Source of the DNA: a virus
Virus record (IMG/VR): IMGVR_UViG_3300037502_002220
Span: 32,001 to 96,000 of that record
Strand: one strand, 5' to 3'
Length of the DNA stretch: 64,000 nucleotides
The notes under the pieces were generated by a model that did no database searches, was not told the DNA's origin, and saw only the letters and a list, made by a program, of their open reading frames with translations. Position numbers and translations under genes: made by a program. Position 1 is the first letter of the stretch. Each line of letters begins with the position of its first letter. Below, one piece after another: positions 1-11,500 of this stretch.

Positions 1-1
1 C

Positions 2-2002
2 AACAATCAAAAGAAACAATTAGATATTGTAGAACAGATGCTTAACTCTAGTAATGTAAATACTAGGAAACAAGCACAACGTGAACTTGGTGTTGCTACT
101 GATGGTATTGTAGGTGAAGAAACTAAGAAAGCTTTATCTAATCTAAGATCAGAACTTGATGGTCAACTTGAAGAAGCTAAGAGTTTATATGAATCTGCTG
201 ACATAGAGAACTTAGTTAAGAATCGTCTTGAGCGTACTATGGGTAATGCTGCTGTACAAAGGTTAGCGTTTTCACAAGAAGATGGTAAGCTTATAGGTAG
301 AGAAGAAATGTTTATGCGAGATAGGTACAGATATCAAAGTAGATTAGATATTGAAAAAGAACAACGTGCAGCTTTAACTGGTCAAGAGAAACAACCTGCA
401 TACAGTAATGTAGGTGCTGCTGTGTTAAACGTAGTTGATATGGCTACTGCAACACAAGATGCTCAAAAGAATTATACAGATGCTTATAACGCATTGTTTA
501 CTCGTCAACCAGAATTAGCTATGTATATTAAGTCTATGACTGGTGATCGTAGATATGGTGAAGCTGTACCTAAGATTGCTGAAGCCTTACAAGACGCTAG
601 AAAAAGTGATGGTACTATAGACGGTAATGTATTTAAACGACGTATGACACAACTTGGATTTACAGATAGAGATGCTAACAAATCTTATAAAGATCAAATT
701 AAAAGCTGGGACGATCTCGTAACTCAGATTAACGGAAGACAATTAACTGTAGATGATTTTACAAATGCTGCTGATAATCTTGAAGGTTATTACAATTCGT
801 TCTTAGATAGTAAAGCGGTGTATAGTAAATGGAGCGATAGAGTTTTAAGTAGTGATGAGTTGAAGCTGGATAAAATGGCTGTTAAAAAAGGCGATGAAAT
901 TATATCTACACCAAGAGGTATAGTCAGGGCTTCTACTTATTATACGTCAGATGAGTTAAAAGAAGGTTTGCGTAAAGGTGATCCTAAGATTGTACAAGGT
1001 GTACAACGATACTTAAAAGAAAATAAACTACAAGGTTATGATCTTATAGTACCTAAAACTGGATTTGTGGGTGGTGCTGTAGAAAAGTACGATGCTTTAA
1101 TATTAAAAACTTTACAAAATGAGCCTGGTGCGTTAGCTGCAAACATTGATCTTAACAAGTTAGTACGTAACAACCCTAACGCAGTAGAAAAATTAGGTAT
1201 TCAAAGACAAGCTGACGGTACTTATGGAATAGACCCTTCGCTTAAAGTAACTACCTTTAGCATTAGTTCTTTTGATGATAACGGTAAAGCTACACATTCA
1301 GTAACCATAGGATATGAGAAAGGTGAAGGTGATAAAAAGATTAAAGGTTCTGTAAACTTAGATGGATATGTGTTGAATACTTCTATGTTAAATGAACGTT
1401 ATGTAGATGCAGCTAGTACTTATATTAATCCAGATGGTACTATATCAAACTTTGAAGCATTTGGCAACGCTGCAGCTAGGAGATTTGATTTAACAAATGG
1501 CTCTAGTCAAGTTACTAATCAAGCTTTGTTAGCTAGAAATATATCTAACAATATACACAACACATATCGTCAAAATGTATACCAACCAGAGTTTCAAAGA
1601 TACATACGTGTTACAGCTAGTACAATGCTTCGTGGTGACGGTAGTGTTGTATATGTGTACGGTGTAGGTAGAGACGCTGCTCTTGCGATAGAGCAAGCTA
1701 ACGGTGACTTTGCAACATACTCAAGGTTAAAAGAAGTTAGCCCTGGTATCGAAGCTAACTTAGACGAAAGAGAAGTAGGTACATTTAAAAGAAATGCTAA
1801 CGGTACCGTAGATCAAAAATCTATTAGAGTAAATGAAGCAGGTTTAGGTAATGCTATCTACAGTTTAAAAGCTGCTTCTTTTATGGATGACACTAGGCAA
1901 GCAGCTATTAGGAATTTAAGGAAGCGTAAAATGACTACTCAAGAACAATACTTGGATAGTGGTTCTTTATTAGATTACGGATTAGAAGACGGTATACAAT
2001 AA
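2..2002 (+). CDS. Virion cargo protein, 5' truncated by window edge, with PG_binding_1-like motif near the visible N-terminus
   Basis: Frame is open from position 2 through the ATG at 38; QRELGVATDGIVGEETKKAL resembles the peptidoglycan-binding motif; lies in the RNAP cargo module. Confidence 0.6.
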   Translation, partial: NNQKKQLDIVEQMLNSSNVNTRKQAQRELGVATDGIVGEETKKALSNLRSELDGQLEEAKSLYESADIENLVKNRLERTMGNAAVQRLAFSQEDGKLIGREEMFMRDRYRYQSRLDIEKEQRAALTGQEKQPAYSNVGAAVLNVVDMATATQDAQKNYTDAYNALFTRQPELAMYIKSMTGDRRYGEAVPKIAEALQDARKSDGTIDGNVFKRRMTQLGFTDRDANKSYKDQIKSWDDLVTQINGRQLTVDDFTNAADNLEGYYNSFLDSKAVYSKWSDRVLSSDELKLDKMAVKKGDEIISTPRGIVRASTYYTSDELKEGLRKGDPKIVQGVQRYLKENKLQGYDLIVPKTGFVGGAVEKYDALILKTLQNEPGALAANIDLNKLVRNNPNAVEKLGIQRQADGTYGIDPSLKVTTFSISSFDDNGKATHSVTIGYEKGEGDKKIKGSVNLDGYVLNTSMLNERYVDAASTYINPDGTISNFEAFGNAAARRFDLTNGSSQVTNQALLARNISNNIHNTYRQNVYQPEFQRYIRVTASTMLRGDGSVVYVYGVGRDAALAIEQANGDFATYSRLKEVSPGIEANLDEREVGTFKRNANGTVDQKSIRVNEAGLGNAIYSLKAASFMDDTRQAAIRNLRKRKMTTQEQYLDSGSLLDYGLEDGIQ

Positions 2003-2007
2003 TACTC

Positions 2008-5000
2008 ATGGCTAAGATATTAACTCCTCAAGATCTAAGTACAGTAGATCGTGGTATTCCACAGACATCTATTAGACCATTTAGCTTTCGTGAAGCAGCG
2101 AACTTAGCTACTGGTGGTATAGGTCCACCTTCACCTATGAAGATACGAGATGCTTCTGAATACGAAGGTGTAGATGTTAGCTTTGCTCTTCAAGGTGGTG
2201 AACGTGCATTACAAGAAGGTAGAGCACTACGTCAAACTAATTTAGAATTAGTAGGTAAAGGTCTAGGTAATATTGCTGAGAACGTAATCTTTGAAACACT
2301 TAAGTTTCCTGGTACTATAGCTAGTGGTATAGGTATTGTAACTGGTAACGAGGGTATGGTTAATAATCTATGGTTACAAGGATTTGATGCTTTACAGAAA
2401 CCACTAACAGAACTTACTGAAGTATATGTACCACCTAGTGTTCAAGAAAAAGGTTTATGGGGTCAGTTATCTAGTCCTTATTTCTGGGCGGGTGAAGGTG
2501 CTGATGCAATAGGTACTATGTTGTCTATGATGATACCTGGACGCTGGTTAGCTACATTTGGTTTAGGTGCTAAAGCCGCTAAAGGATTAGCTAAAGTAGG
2601 TAAGCTAGGTGAAATTGCTGTAGATGGTTCTAGAATACTAGAGACTACTGGGGATGCTAACAAGATAGGTAAGTTCTTAGTTAAAACACTGGGGTCTACA
2701 GGTAGAGGTTTAGACTTTGGTAAACTAGCTAGGAACATAGACTCTGGTGTAGCAGTAGCTACTAACACGCTATTAGAATCTTCTGCTGAAGCTTTAGACA
2801 CTTACGAGAGCTTATTAGCTCAAGGTAAAACTCCTGAAGAAGCTGGTGAAGCTGCTACTAAAGTAATGATGTTGAACATGGGTTTACTTACTGTGTCTAA
2901 TACATTACTTGAAAAGTATGTGTTTAATGGATTCAACAGGTTACCGTCTGTAGGTAAACAACTTACTACAGCACTTAAAGGTGGTACTCCAGTATTTAAA
3001 CCTTTTCAACAAGCTGGTATAAAGTTTGCTGCTGGTGTATTAGCAGAAGGCGTTATTGAAGAAGGTCTTCAAACTTCGTTCCAACAAGAAGAAGGTGATC
3101 CTATACGTTCCTTAGAAAGATATTTTGAAAACTTTCAAAGTTTATTTAGCGCAGACCCAGATATAGAATTTGGTAAAGCTGTAATACTAGGTAGTTTACT
3201 GGGTGGTGCTGTGGGTGGTATTAGTGGATTTTCTGATGTCCGAGAACAAAGAGCAACACTAGAAGGTAGACCAGAGCGTGTACTAGCTAAAGGTAGGTTA
3301 GGTACTCTACAAGGTATGCTTGGGTATAAAGCTAAGCAAGCTGAGAAAGGTCTTATTGATATATTTAGACCTAGCTTTGAAAGTCTTAAGACAGGTAAAG
3401 ATATTTTAAAGAACTCTGTAAATGAAAAAGGAGAGTTTAACGTAGAAGCTTTGAAAGATGATTCTATTATGTTTGCATTATCAAACATGGTAGATGATAT
3501 CTTATTGCAGAATAACGGTGATGTACAAGCATCTAAGACACAAGTAGCTGCTAGTCTTAGTGAACTAGGTATGTCAAATGCAGCTATAAAGAGCTTAGTA
3601 AATGGTCTTATACCTAGTGATATAAATAATTTATCTGGTGAGCAAGTACTTAAGCTTATTACACTTAAGAAAGATAACACGTACTTTTCTAGGTTTGCTG
3701 CTAACCCTGCTGGTTTTGAGATGCTAGATGCACATATCGATGATATGGTAGATGCACTTGAAGAAAGATATGAGATGAACACTGGCGCTAAGCTATCTGA
3801 TGAGAAAAAGAAAAGTATTAGTACTGATCTTAAATCTAAAGCTAAGCGATACAAGAATATGTACGAAGCTGCTACTACGTTTAATAATAACGTACGTTAT
3901 GGTATTGAAGTAGCGCAAGAAGATGCAGAAGATTTTAATGAGTTTATACGTATGACACAAGGTCAAACGTTAGGTTCTATGACCTACATAGAAGAACTTC
4001 GTACGATTGCTGACGAGATTGAAAAAGAAACTAACGCTGAACAACAGAAAATTAATACAGCTAAGAGTACGTTAGAGAACGCTAAAAAGGATGGTGACCC
4101 TGATTTAATTAAAAGCAGAGAACAAGATCTAGCTAAAGCAATTAGTGACGCTAATGCTGCAGTACCTAACTTTAACGATAAAAGAAAAGACTTAGCTAGG
4201 ATTCGTGAGAACGTAGCTGCTCGTGAAAAGAATATTATTGAGTTTGGTACTGAGCCTAAAGTTAGAGAAAAGTGGGAAGCATTCTTAGAAGTTAAGCGTG
4301 AAAAGAAAAAAGCTACACAGCAATATTTTGACGGTGTAGAAGTTGATACTAAGATAATGCCTGCTATATACAAGATTATCTACGATCAGCTTGTTAACAA
4401 AGGATACACACCAGAGCTAATAACAGATATACCTTTTGTTAAGATAGCTGTATTCCATGCAACGTATGAAGGTGATCTATATACCTTTACACAGACCAAA
4501 GATGGTTTTAATGTTCGTAATCACAGTGAACAATCTGATGAAACAGTAGCTAACTGGAAAGCATTAATAGAGAAGTTTCCTAAGTTGACTATACTTACCG
4601 TTGATCAATATAACTTAGAGAAGCAACGTATAGATAAAGAGATTGCTGATCGTAAAGCTGAACTAGAACAACAAGCTGCTATTGAAGCACTTACTCAGTT
4701 ATCTATTGAGCTTAGACAAGAGTTCAATAAGATAGAAGCTAGCTTGCAAAGTGATTACAATACGCTGCAAGGTGTTAAAGAAGAATTAGCTAAAGCTAAA
4801 AAAAGACTTAAGAGTGTTCAAGCTAAACTTAGACGAGATAGTAAAAAAGGCATACCTGTAGGAGAACTTCAGGATACTGTAACTGAACTTAAAACGTTAG
4901 TTAAACAACTTGAAGCTCAGCAAGAGAATACAATTAGAACTATCGCTAATTTAGAAAATGTTAGAATTAGGTTACAATCTGAGCTTAATGGTATTGCTAG

Positions 5001-8000
5001 CTTAATTAATAGAATCCAATCTGGACAACCTGTTCAGTTTACTAAAGAAGCTTTACGTCAAGCTGCAACAACAGAAGTTGGTTTAGCTACTGGTGAGTTC
5101 TTAACAGAAACTTTAGATTTTTTAGAAACAAAGAATGCTGAAAAAACTAAATCAGCGTTTTTAGAAAAGTTTGCTGATTATCAAGTTAGGTTAGAGCGAC
5201 AGATGATGAGTGTATCTAACGAACTTACACTAGCTGTACAACTATCAGATGAAGTACGAGATCTTATTAATTTAATTACTGAGTACATATCTGAAGTTGA
5301 AGCAAGTCCTGCCGTAAAGTCTTTATCTGAAATTCCAGACGATGTTAAAGCTGAGTTAGAAAGTAAGTTTCCTGGTGTACTTAACGCTATGGATAAAGCT
5401 TTAAAAAGCAACAATCCAGATGTTGTATTAAGATTCTTAGCTAACTTAGTAAATAAAGTTAAAGATCAGCACAGTGAAACCTATGTAGAGGTACTTAAAG
5501 ATTTTGCTAAGTTGCTACAACCGTATGTAAACTTATCTGCTGAAATAAGCTCTGACGTACTTAGTAACAGAGCGCAAGAGTTAGTAGATATGATAGATAA
5601 AAATGATACGTATGTTAAAGGACTTCAAGCATTACGTAGGTTTTCTGTCTTGATTAAATATCAAAGACAGTTAAGTAAACTTAAAAATCAAATACTTAAA
5701 GGTTACTCACCTAAAGAAGATCCGCAGATAATACCTGATGTTGAAACACAAGATGTTACAGGTGACCCTACTTTATTTAGTAGTGAAGAACAGAATAGAA
5801 AAGTACTTTCGTTATTTAATACTTCTGGGTTAAATATTGAGTACGATAATGACGGTAATGATGTACGTGCAGATATTCTCAACTTAGGTTATACATTACC
5901 TGTACCTTCACAATCTGATATTACAAGAAACTTCTTTCAATGGTTAGATAGTAGTGATACTGGTAACTTTAAGGTGATACCTTACGCACCAGAGTTTAAC
6001 GATACAGACTTTGATGATATTACAGATCCTGAAACAGCTAAGGTACTTAGAGATTATATTGCAGGTACTCCTCCTGATGCTCGTGCAGAAGCATTGTACG
6101 GTGTTGTTATAGAAGAAGTTGATGGTGCACGTATGCTTAAGATGTATAACGGTAAACCTTTGATTAATTCTATGATGCGTCCGCAAACTAAGTTTCCTAG
6201 CAATAGAAACCCTAGAATGGCTAGACGTGCGTACATAGGTTTATTTTTAAAAGATGTATTAGGTTGGACATCTATACCTTCAGATAAAGATTTAGTAAAT
6301 ACTAATAATTATAATTTAATTAAATCTAGTATTGACAAATTAGAAAAATATGGTATTTCTATACCAGATCCTAAATCATTAACATCTCGTAGTTTTTACC
6401 ATATGATAGAATCTTTTGCGTTAGTATATACGCAAATGAAATATCAGCAAGGATTTAATGAGCTGTTGTCTAAGACTAGAGAACTAAAAGGTAGTGATTT
6501 ATCTTCGCGTAAATTATTAGAAACTACTGGTATTAGTAAAGGATTTCAAGTAGTAGCTAAAACTATTAATGGTGAACCTGTACAATTTGATTCTGAGAAC
6601 ATGGAGTTAGAATATACTCCTGCAGGTAACCCTAAGAACTTTGATGTACTTAAAGCTAACTTTGATGGTGTAGCTACATTAAACGGTGTTAAGTATGATG
6701 CTTTACAACCTGGTCGTTTGTACATTAAAAAACATGATAGCAATACGTTGATACCTGTAGAAATGGGCATGTTGTCTAATAACGAAATAGATGCTATCTT
6801 GTACATGCTTAGTATGTACGCAGATAACAAACGTTCATTAAGACAGATGATACCACAATTAGATGGTAGTGTTAGAATTAAAAATACATATATTAAATTA
6901 TCTAATATGTCTATACTACCAGCTACTAAAGACAGAGTTAGTTTAATATCTATGATAATGAACTGGGGCTTTAAAGTTAAAGGAGACCCTTCACCGTTTG
7001 ATATTTATTTAAGTAAAGGTTCAGTGATATTTAACGATTCTTCAATATCATTAAATGCTCTTAAGAAAGCATACTTAGAAAACGATGCAGCTACTTTACA
7101 ACCATTAATAGCTTTTCTAAGAACAAAGCGTGTTAACGCTAATTATAACTTACTTAGTGTAGCTAATAACTTTTTTGAGTTTACGGTAGAGAGAGATAAA
7201 AAAACTAAAAAACCATTTGACATTAAAGCTGTACAAAAACAAGGATCATACGCTAAACACATATTAGATCGTGCTTCGTTTTACGGTGCACCTAAAGATG
7301 TGTTAGATGCAGCAGGATTGCCTAGTTCTGCGCAGAAATATATTATGTTTAAAGACTTTGATACTAAAGTAGATGTAAATGAGTTTAGAGCTAAGGCACC
7401 TAGCCCTAAACCTAAACCAGTATTTACACTTAAACCTAGTGGAGTTAGTCCTGTTATAAATGCTTTAAGAGAAAGTAGCTCTATAACAGATTTTAGAACT
7501 AGAGCAGCTTCTTATCTTACAGATCCTGAAAGTGTAGGATTGTTTAGTAGGATATTAAAAAAGTTAGAAAATGAAAGTGGTCCTTTGTTTGAAGCAGAGA
7601 AGCTTTTAGTACTTAATGATAAAAGTATTGTTAGTAGTAAAACAACTGCAGACGTTACACCTGAAGAAAGTTCTGTTACAGTAAAAGATATCTTAAGTAG
7701 TTTGGAACAAGAAGAAACTCAGCAAGGTGAAGAGGGTGGTACTAACATTACAATGAAAGAAGCTTTAAGTACGCTGTGGGAACAAGTAGGTGGTAAACCT
7801 GAAACTCAAGAACAACCTGAAGCTGGTGTTACTGAGCAAGAATCTCAACCTCCAGTTGAAGAAACTAAACCTGACTTTAAAACTATTGAACCTGATTTCA
7901 GTAAAGTGTCTGTATCACTTGATATAAGTAGTATAGACGACACTGATTTCTTAGCTATATTTAAAGAAATTAATTCAGACGGCTTTGGTAAATTTGCATC

Positions 8001-8568
8001 TCAAAGTGATGAGTGGATGACTAGGTATCAAAAAAATAATGTAAACTCTTTATTTATTACAGCAAACGGCTTTGTAAGTATGGAGAACATTAGTAATGAT
8101 TCTATTGCACCAGGTAAAACATTTAATTTTCAAGGTACTGTAAGTAATACTTTAAACGAACGTCTTAGACGTAAATATCTATCTGTCACAAAAGATCCTA
8201 CATACAAATTAGCTATAGAAGAAGCTCGTAAACAAACTGAAGCTTTAATCAATAAACCTAGTACTGAACCTACACCTACTAATATTGTCGACGTATCTAA
8301 AATAGACATAAGAACTTATAAACCTGTAGTTGGAGATGTAATTGAAATGGAGGGTAAAGATTACACTGTTGTAAGTGTAAGTAAAACCGTATCTTTAAAA
8401 TCTGGTACAGAAACAAAAGTACTTAGAGTTAGTGCATTTAGACCTGGGTTAGATTCAAATACAATGAAGTTAAAAAGTAGGGTGGTTAAATCTGTAGCTG
8501 ATTACAATAAGATATTAAGTGATGCTATACAGCGTGGTATTATTGACGAAATAAACTGTAATAGATAA
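2008..8568 (+). CDS. Giant virion cargo/ejection protein (2186 aa)
   Basis: Gly/Ala-rich hydrophobic N-terminal segments, long coiled coils, directly upstream of the virion RNAP as in crAss-like phages. Confidence 0.7.
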   Translation: MAKILTPQDLSTVDRGIPQTSIRPFSFREAANLATGGIGPPSPMKIRDASEYEGVDVSFALQGGERALQEGRALRQTNLELVGKGLGNIAENVIFETLKFPGTIASGIGIVTGNEGMVNNLWLQGFDALQKPLTELTEVYVPPSVQEKGLWGQLSSPYFWAGEGADAIGTMLSMMIPGRWLATFGLGAKAAKGLAKVGKLGEIAVDGSRILETTGDANKIGKFLVKTLGSTGRGLDFGKLARNIDSGVAVATNTLLESSAEALDTYESLLAQGKTPEEAGEAATKVMMLNMGLLTVSNTLLEKYVFNGFNRLPSVGKQLTTALKGGTPVFKPFQQAGIKFAAGVLAEGVIEEGLQTSFQQEEGDPIRSLERYFENFQSLFSADPDIEFGKAVILGSLLGGAVGGISGFSDVREQRATLEGRPERVLAKGRLGTLQGMLGYKAKQAEKGLIDIFRPSFESLKTGKDILKNSVNEKGEFNVEALKDDSIMFALSNMVDDILLQNNGDVQASKTQVAASLSELGMSNAAIKSLVNGLIPSDINNLSGEQVLKLITLKKDNTYFSRFAANPAGFEMLDAHIDDMVDALEERYEMNTGAKLSDEKKKSISTDLKSKAKRYKNMYEAATTFNNNVRYGIEVAQEDAEDFNEFIRMTQGQTLGSMTYIEELRTIADEIEKETNAEQQKINTAKSTLENAKKDGDPDLIKSREQDLAKAISDANAAVPNFNDKRKDLARIRENVAAREKNIIEFGTEPKVREKWEAFLEVKREKKKATQQYFDGVEVDTKIMPAIYKIIYDQLVNKGYTPELITDIPFVKIAVFHATYEGDLYTFTQTKDGFNVRNHSEQSDETVANWKALIEKFPKLTILTVDQYNLEKQRIDKEIADRKAELEQQAAIEALTQLSIELRQEFNKIEASLQSDYNTLQGVKEELAKAKKRLKSVQAKLRRDSKKGIPVGELQDTVTELKTLVKQLEAQQENTIRTIANLENVRIRLQSELNGIASLINRIQSGQPVQFTKEALRQAATTEVGLATGEFLTETLDFLETKNAEKTKSAFLEKFADYQVRLERQMMSVSNELTLAVQLSDEVRDLINLITEYISEVEASPAVKSLSEIPDDVKAELESKFPGVLNAMDKALKSNNPDVVLRFLANLVNKVKDQHSETYVEVLKDFAKLLQPYVNLSAEISSDVLSNRAQELVDMIDKNDTYVKGLQALRRFSVLIKYQRQLSKLKNQILKGYSPKEDPQIIPDVETQDVTGDPTLFSSEEQNRKVLSLFNTSGLNIEYDNDGNDVRADILNLGYTLPVPSQSDITRNFFQWLDSSDTGNFKVIPYAPEFNDTDFDDITDPETAKVLRDYIAGTPPDARAEALYGVVIEEVDGARMLKMYNGKPLINSMMRPQTKFPSNRNPRMARRAYIGLFLKDVLGWTSIPSDKDLVNTNNYNLIKSSIDKLEKYGISIPDPKSLTSRSFYHMIESFALVYTQMKYQQGFNELLSKTRELKGSDLSSRKLLETTGISKGFQVVAKTINGEPVQFDSENMELEYTPAGNPKNFDVLKANFDGVATLNGVKYDALQPGRLYIKKHDSNTLIPVEMGMLSNNEIDAILYMLSMYADNKRSLRQMIPQLDGSVRIKNTYIKLSNMSILPATKDRVSLISMIMNWGFKVKGDPSPFDIYLSKGSVIFNDSSISLNALKKAYLENDAATLQPLIAFLRTKRVNANYNLLSVANNFFEFTVERDKKTKKPFDIKAVQKQGSYAKHILDRASFYGAPKDVLDAAGLPSSAQKYIMFKDFDTKVDVNEFRAKAPSPKPKPVFTLKPSGVSPVINALRESSSITDFRTRAASYLTDPESVGLFSRILKKLENESGPLFEAEKLLVLNDKSIVSSKTTADVTPEESSVTVKDILSSLEQEETQQGEEGGTNITMKEALSTLWEQVGGKPETQEQPEAGVTEQESQPPVEETKPDFKTIEPDFSKVSVSLDISSIDDTDFLAIFKEINSDGFGKFASQSDEWMTRYQKNNVNSLFITANGFVSMENISNDSIAPGKTFNFQGTVSNTLNERLRRKYLSVTKDPTYKLAIEEARKQTEALINKPSTEPTPTNIVDVSKIDIRTYKPVVGDVIEMEGKDYTVVSVSKTVSLKSGTETKVLRVSAFRPGLDSNTMKLKSRVVKSVADYNKILSDAIQRGIIDEINCNR

Positions 8569-11500
8569 TGGCTTGTCAATACGTATTTCAAGGTAAGACG
8601 TATAATAAAAGATCTATCCTTAATGCAATTAAGGATGGTGATGTTGTACTTGGTGATATCCAAACAGCACGTGAGAACATACGTAAGATTCTGAACATGA
8701 ACGATTCTGAAATAGAACTTGTTCGTGGTCTTATTGATAACGATGCTGTTGGTGCATTTACACAAGATGGTAGGATACTATTATCTGATCGCTTTGTACA
8801 AGGTGAAGAATATCACGAAGCATTCCATCGTGTGTTTAGAACTGTATTTAGTGATGCACAGCGTAAAGCATTATTTAAAGAGTATCGTAATCGTGAAGGG
8901 TTCCAAGAATCTTTAGATCAGAAACGTAAACTCTATCCTAATCAAAGTACAGAAGAACTTATCGAAGAAGTACTTGCGGATGAGTTTATGATGTATCAAT
9001 TAGCTAATGGTAACTATGTAGTACCTAAGCCTATACAGAATGCATTTCAGCGTATTCTAAATTTTATTAGAAAGTTACTTGGACTTAAAGATATTGCTGG
9101 TGTATATGAAGCTATACGTGCTGGTAATTACAAAAGCGTAAAGCCTAAGTTTTATAAAAGTACTAGGTTAGCTAAATCTAAAGTAAAAGTTGGTAATCTT
9201 GAGTTAGATGTATTTCAGAAAAATGAAATACTAGATGCAGTTATTGCTAAGTTTAGTACTTCGTTTATAGAAGAAGTTAGCGATAAAGATTCTTTTGAAG
9301 ACGTAGATATTAACAGGCATTTAATCGATGGTATAGAAAATGTAATAGATCTTTTGCGAGAAGATTTTACAGATCCAGATAAAAGAGATTTAGCAACTGC
9401 TATTGAAAATGATGCACTTAACTATAGAATTTTAGAAGATGACTTTACTGTAGAAACAACTATAAATGCTAACTCACCTATTGTAGAAGAACTAACATTA
9501 CGCTTAGATCAACTTAGGATTAAAACTAAAGAAGAAACGCTAGAGCCTGAAGAACTTAATGATGAAGAAGCAGTTACTAATGACCATCCGTTTCTAAAAG
9601 CTAGCTGGGAAACAAATCCAGAAGATAACATTACACTAGCTATGAAGATCTTTGCTACTTCAATAGAGAGTTCACAGCTTAGTGATTACTACGCACTACC
9701 TAAACCAGAGCCTTCTGGTAAAGTAGTTATGACGTTGTTTAAAGTACTTAAGAATGCTACACATAACTGGGATGTAGTAAAGAACTTACTTGAAAATAAC
9801 GTAGATACCAATCCTTGGATACAAACTATTCTAGATCGTCTGCAAAATAACTTGAAGTTACGCACACAGTTTGTGCGATCGTTTGTAAAAGCACACTACG
9901 ATATGTACAGTGGTATCTGGGTTAAAGAAGAACTACAGGTACAACCACTAGAAGATGAAACTAGGTTTATATCTTTAATACGTGAAGTTAAAGATTACAT
10001 TAACATACTTGAAGATAGAGAAGGTATAGTTAGTCCTAGTTTATCAGATCGTAATCTCTCTACTAAAGAGAAGTTTCGTATCCTAACAGGTATAGAACTA
10101 TCTGATGAAATATTAAAAGGTACAATAAATACTAGCAAAGGTCTTACAACAGGTGAAGAGATTGCCGATAATATAATTGCTGTTACTCGTACAAACATAA
10201 ATGAAGGAGTTCAGTACAAGGATCTATTTAATAACAAAGTATATAGACCTACTGATAAATCAGAAAAACCTGAAGATTATTCTGTACTAGGTAACTTACG
10301 TCGTCTTCTTAATGAATACAATAAATATAGACCTAGTGAACAAGGTGTAGTACTTAATCATAATCGTGATAGAGTGTGGCCTTGGACTATGCACACATAT
10401 CAAAAGCAAGTAGAGTCTGCACTTAACCTAGTTGCTAACTTAACACCTAGTGAGCTAGCAACTATTGACTCTGGTATAACTGAAGGTGGATTACTCCCTG
10501 AAGAAGTTAATATGCAAAAGCGTATTGCTAAACTTAGAGAGTTGCTACCTTGGTTTGTAGATTACAAGTTTAACTTTTACGTAGATGAAAATGGATTAAC
10601 TAGAACTAATTCATTAATACTTAAGCGTATACTAGAACAAGGAGATACTTACTCCATATCTATATTTAGTGGTATGCGTTTAGATGATGGTACTGATGCT
10701 AAGGATCTACTTACACCAGATATGATACCTATGTACATTAGGTCTATGAGTGGACTAGAACCTAAGTACATTAGCGTTAAGCATGGTGATCGTGGTGCTA
10801 TATTTGCTGGTGGTTTTGAAAGTAAAGTAAAATATACAGATAATATAACTGCACAAGACTACTTAGCTTCACTGCTACTAGATGAGATTAACTTAATCCG
10901 AGAAAGCAGTAAGTACAGTGTATTTAAAAAGATGGGTGACGGTAACCTTAAGCTATTTGAGTTTTTAAACATTGACGCAAATGAACTACAAAAGTTAGTT
11001 AACGATACTACATTGACTTCAAACAAGTTACACAAGAAGTATAAAGAAAGTTTTGATAAGCATGTAGAAGGGATTGAAGCAGACTTTAAAAACTTATTGA
11101 AAGAAGTCTACGCTAACTTTGACGGTAAAAGGTTTGATGATGTATTTACTAAACCTGGAGAAACAAAAGTACCTTTTTATACTACAGCAGAGGTGTTTAG
11201 TATGTACAATAACGATGAAGAAATTCTTATCAAAGAAGTAGTTAAGAATTATTTGATACACTTCTACGAAGATATGCGTGTATTTGTAGGATACGCAGGT
11301 GAGTATCCTAACATGGTAAACTTGTTTAAGCGTATTCAGAGCTTATCTTCTTCTGGTACTCCACTAGTTAATGACGGTGAACTTAATAGCTACATTGATA
11401 ATAAAAATCAACAGGATGCGTACGCAATTATTACAGGTAATGAAGTTGAAATGCGCACGTATGGTGATCGTAACTTAAAGCAAAAAGGTAAGATTAAAGA